A DNA stretch of 64,000 nucleotides from Stegostoma tigrinum (Eukaryota), in NCBI RefSeq assembly GCF_030684315.1, contig NC_081369.1:10144035-10208034 (forward strand), written 5' to 3'. A program made the position numbers and the translations under genes. Position 1 is the stretch's first letter; each line of letters opens with the position of its first letter. Below, piece after piece: positions 63,821 to 64,000 of the stretch. The notes under the pieces were generated by a model. That model had not been told where the DNA came from. It saw only the letters and a list, made by a program, of their open reading frames with translations, and did not search any database.

Positions 63821-64000
63821 TTGAACAGATTGAGGTATGTAAAATCGTGGATCAGACAGAGGATGCGGAGTGTGGTTGTGGTGGTGTTGGGAGAGGGGGA
63901 CGCGGCGCTGACGCGATCTGCAAATGATTATTAGAATGATTTCATCAAATAAATGTCAACAGGAACTTATCTGTTTTATTTCAATGGGATGGAAGAAAAA

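Larger units (their letters stand above)
57950..64000 (-). pseudogene. IgSF receptor copy 3 (inverted; TM and cyt1 pseudo-exons plus introns; 5' part beyond window)
   Basis: The reverse complement is colinear with ~9350-16000, including the same old CR1 remnants and the same nested short insertion. TM exon 63698-63820, cyt1 exon 62559-62602. Confidence 0.85.

Noticed and set aside
1-64000. Prokaryotic systems (CRISPR arrays, operons, rRNA or tRNA genes)
   Set aside because: The sequence is intron-containing vertebrate DNA. The tRNA-like boxes belong to SINEs, and no repeat-spacer array was seen.

Overview
Eukaryotic vertebrate DNA, most likely an elasmobranch (shark), judged from its HE1-type V-SINEs, Deu-domain SINEs and CR1, L2, RTE and Penelope retroelements. 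The great majority of the supplied ORFs are fragments of decayed retroelements or noise. Between the repeats lies a small cluster of an immunoglobulin-superfamily receptor family, reconstructed by hand from splice signals and paralog comparison. (1) An apparently intact 6-exon + strand gene at 37520-46964: leader, germline-joined VJ-type V domain, C1-set domain, uncharged TM and a cytoplasmic tail with an ITIM plus a second ITIM/ITSM-like motif, about 321 aa. (2) A + strand pseudogene at 5571-17290 with no visible C1 exon. (3) An inverted pseudogene copy at about 57950-64000 that runs off the right edge. Both pseudogene copies have an Arg at the N-terminal edge of the TM, hinting at a paired activating/inhibitory family. 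A second layer is a set of minimal hammerhead-ribozyme motifs in Penelope termini, and a family of ~230-250 bp TSD-flanked palindromic insertions carrying hammerhead cores on both strands. All TE boundaries are approximate, and family names rest on motif recognition rather than database searches.
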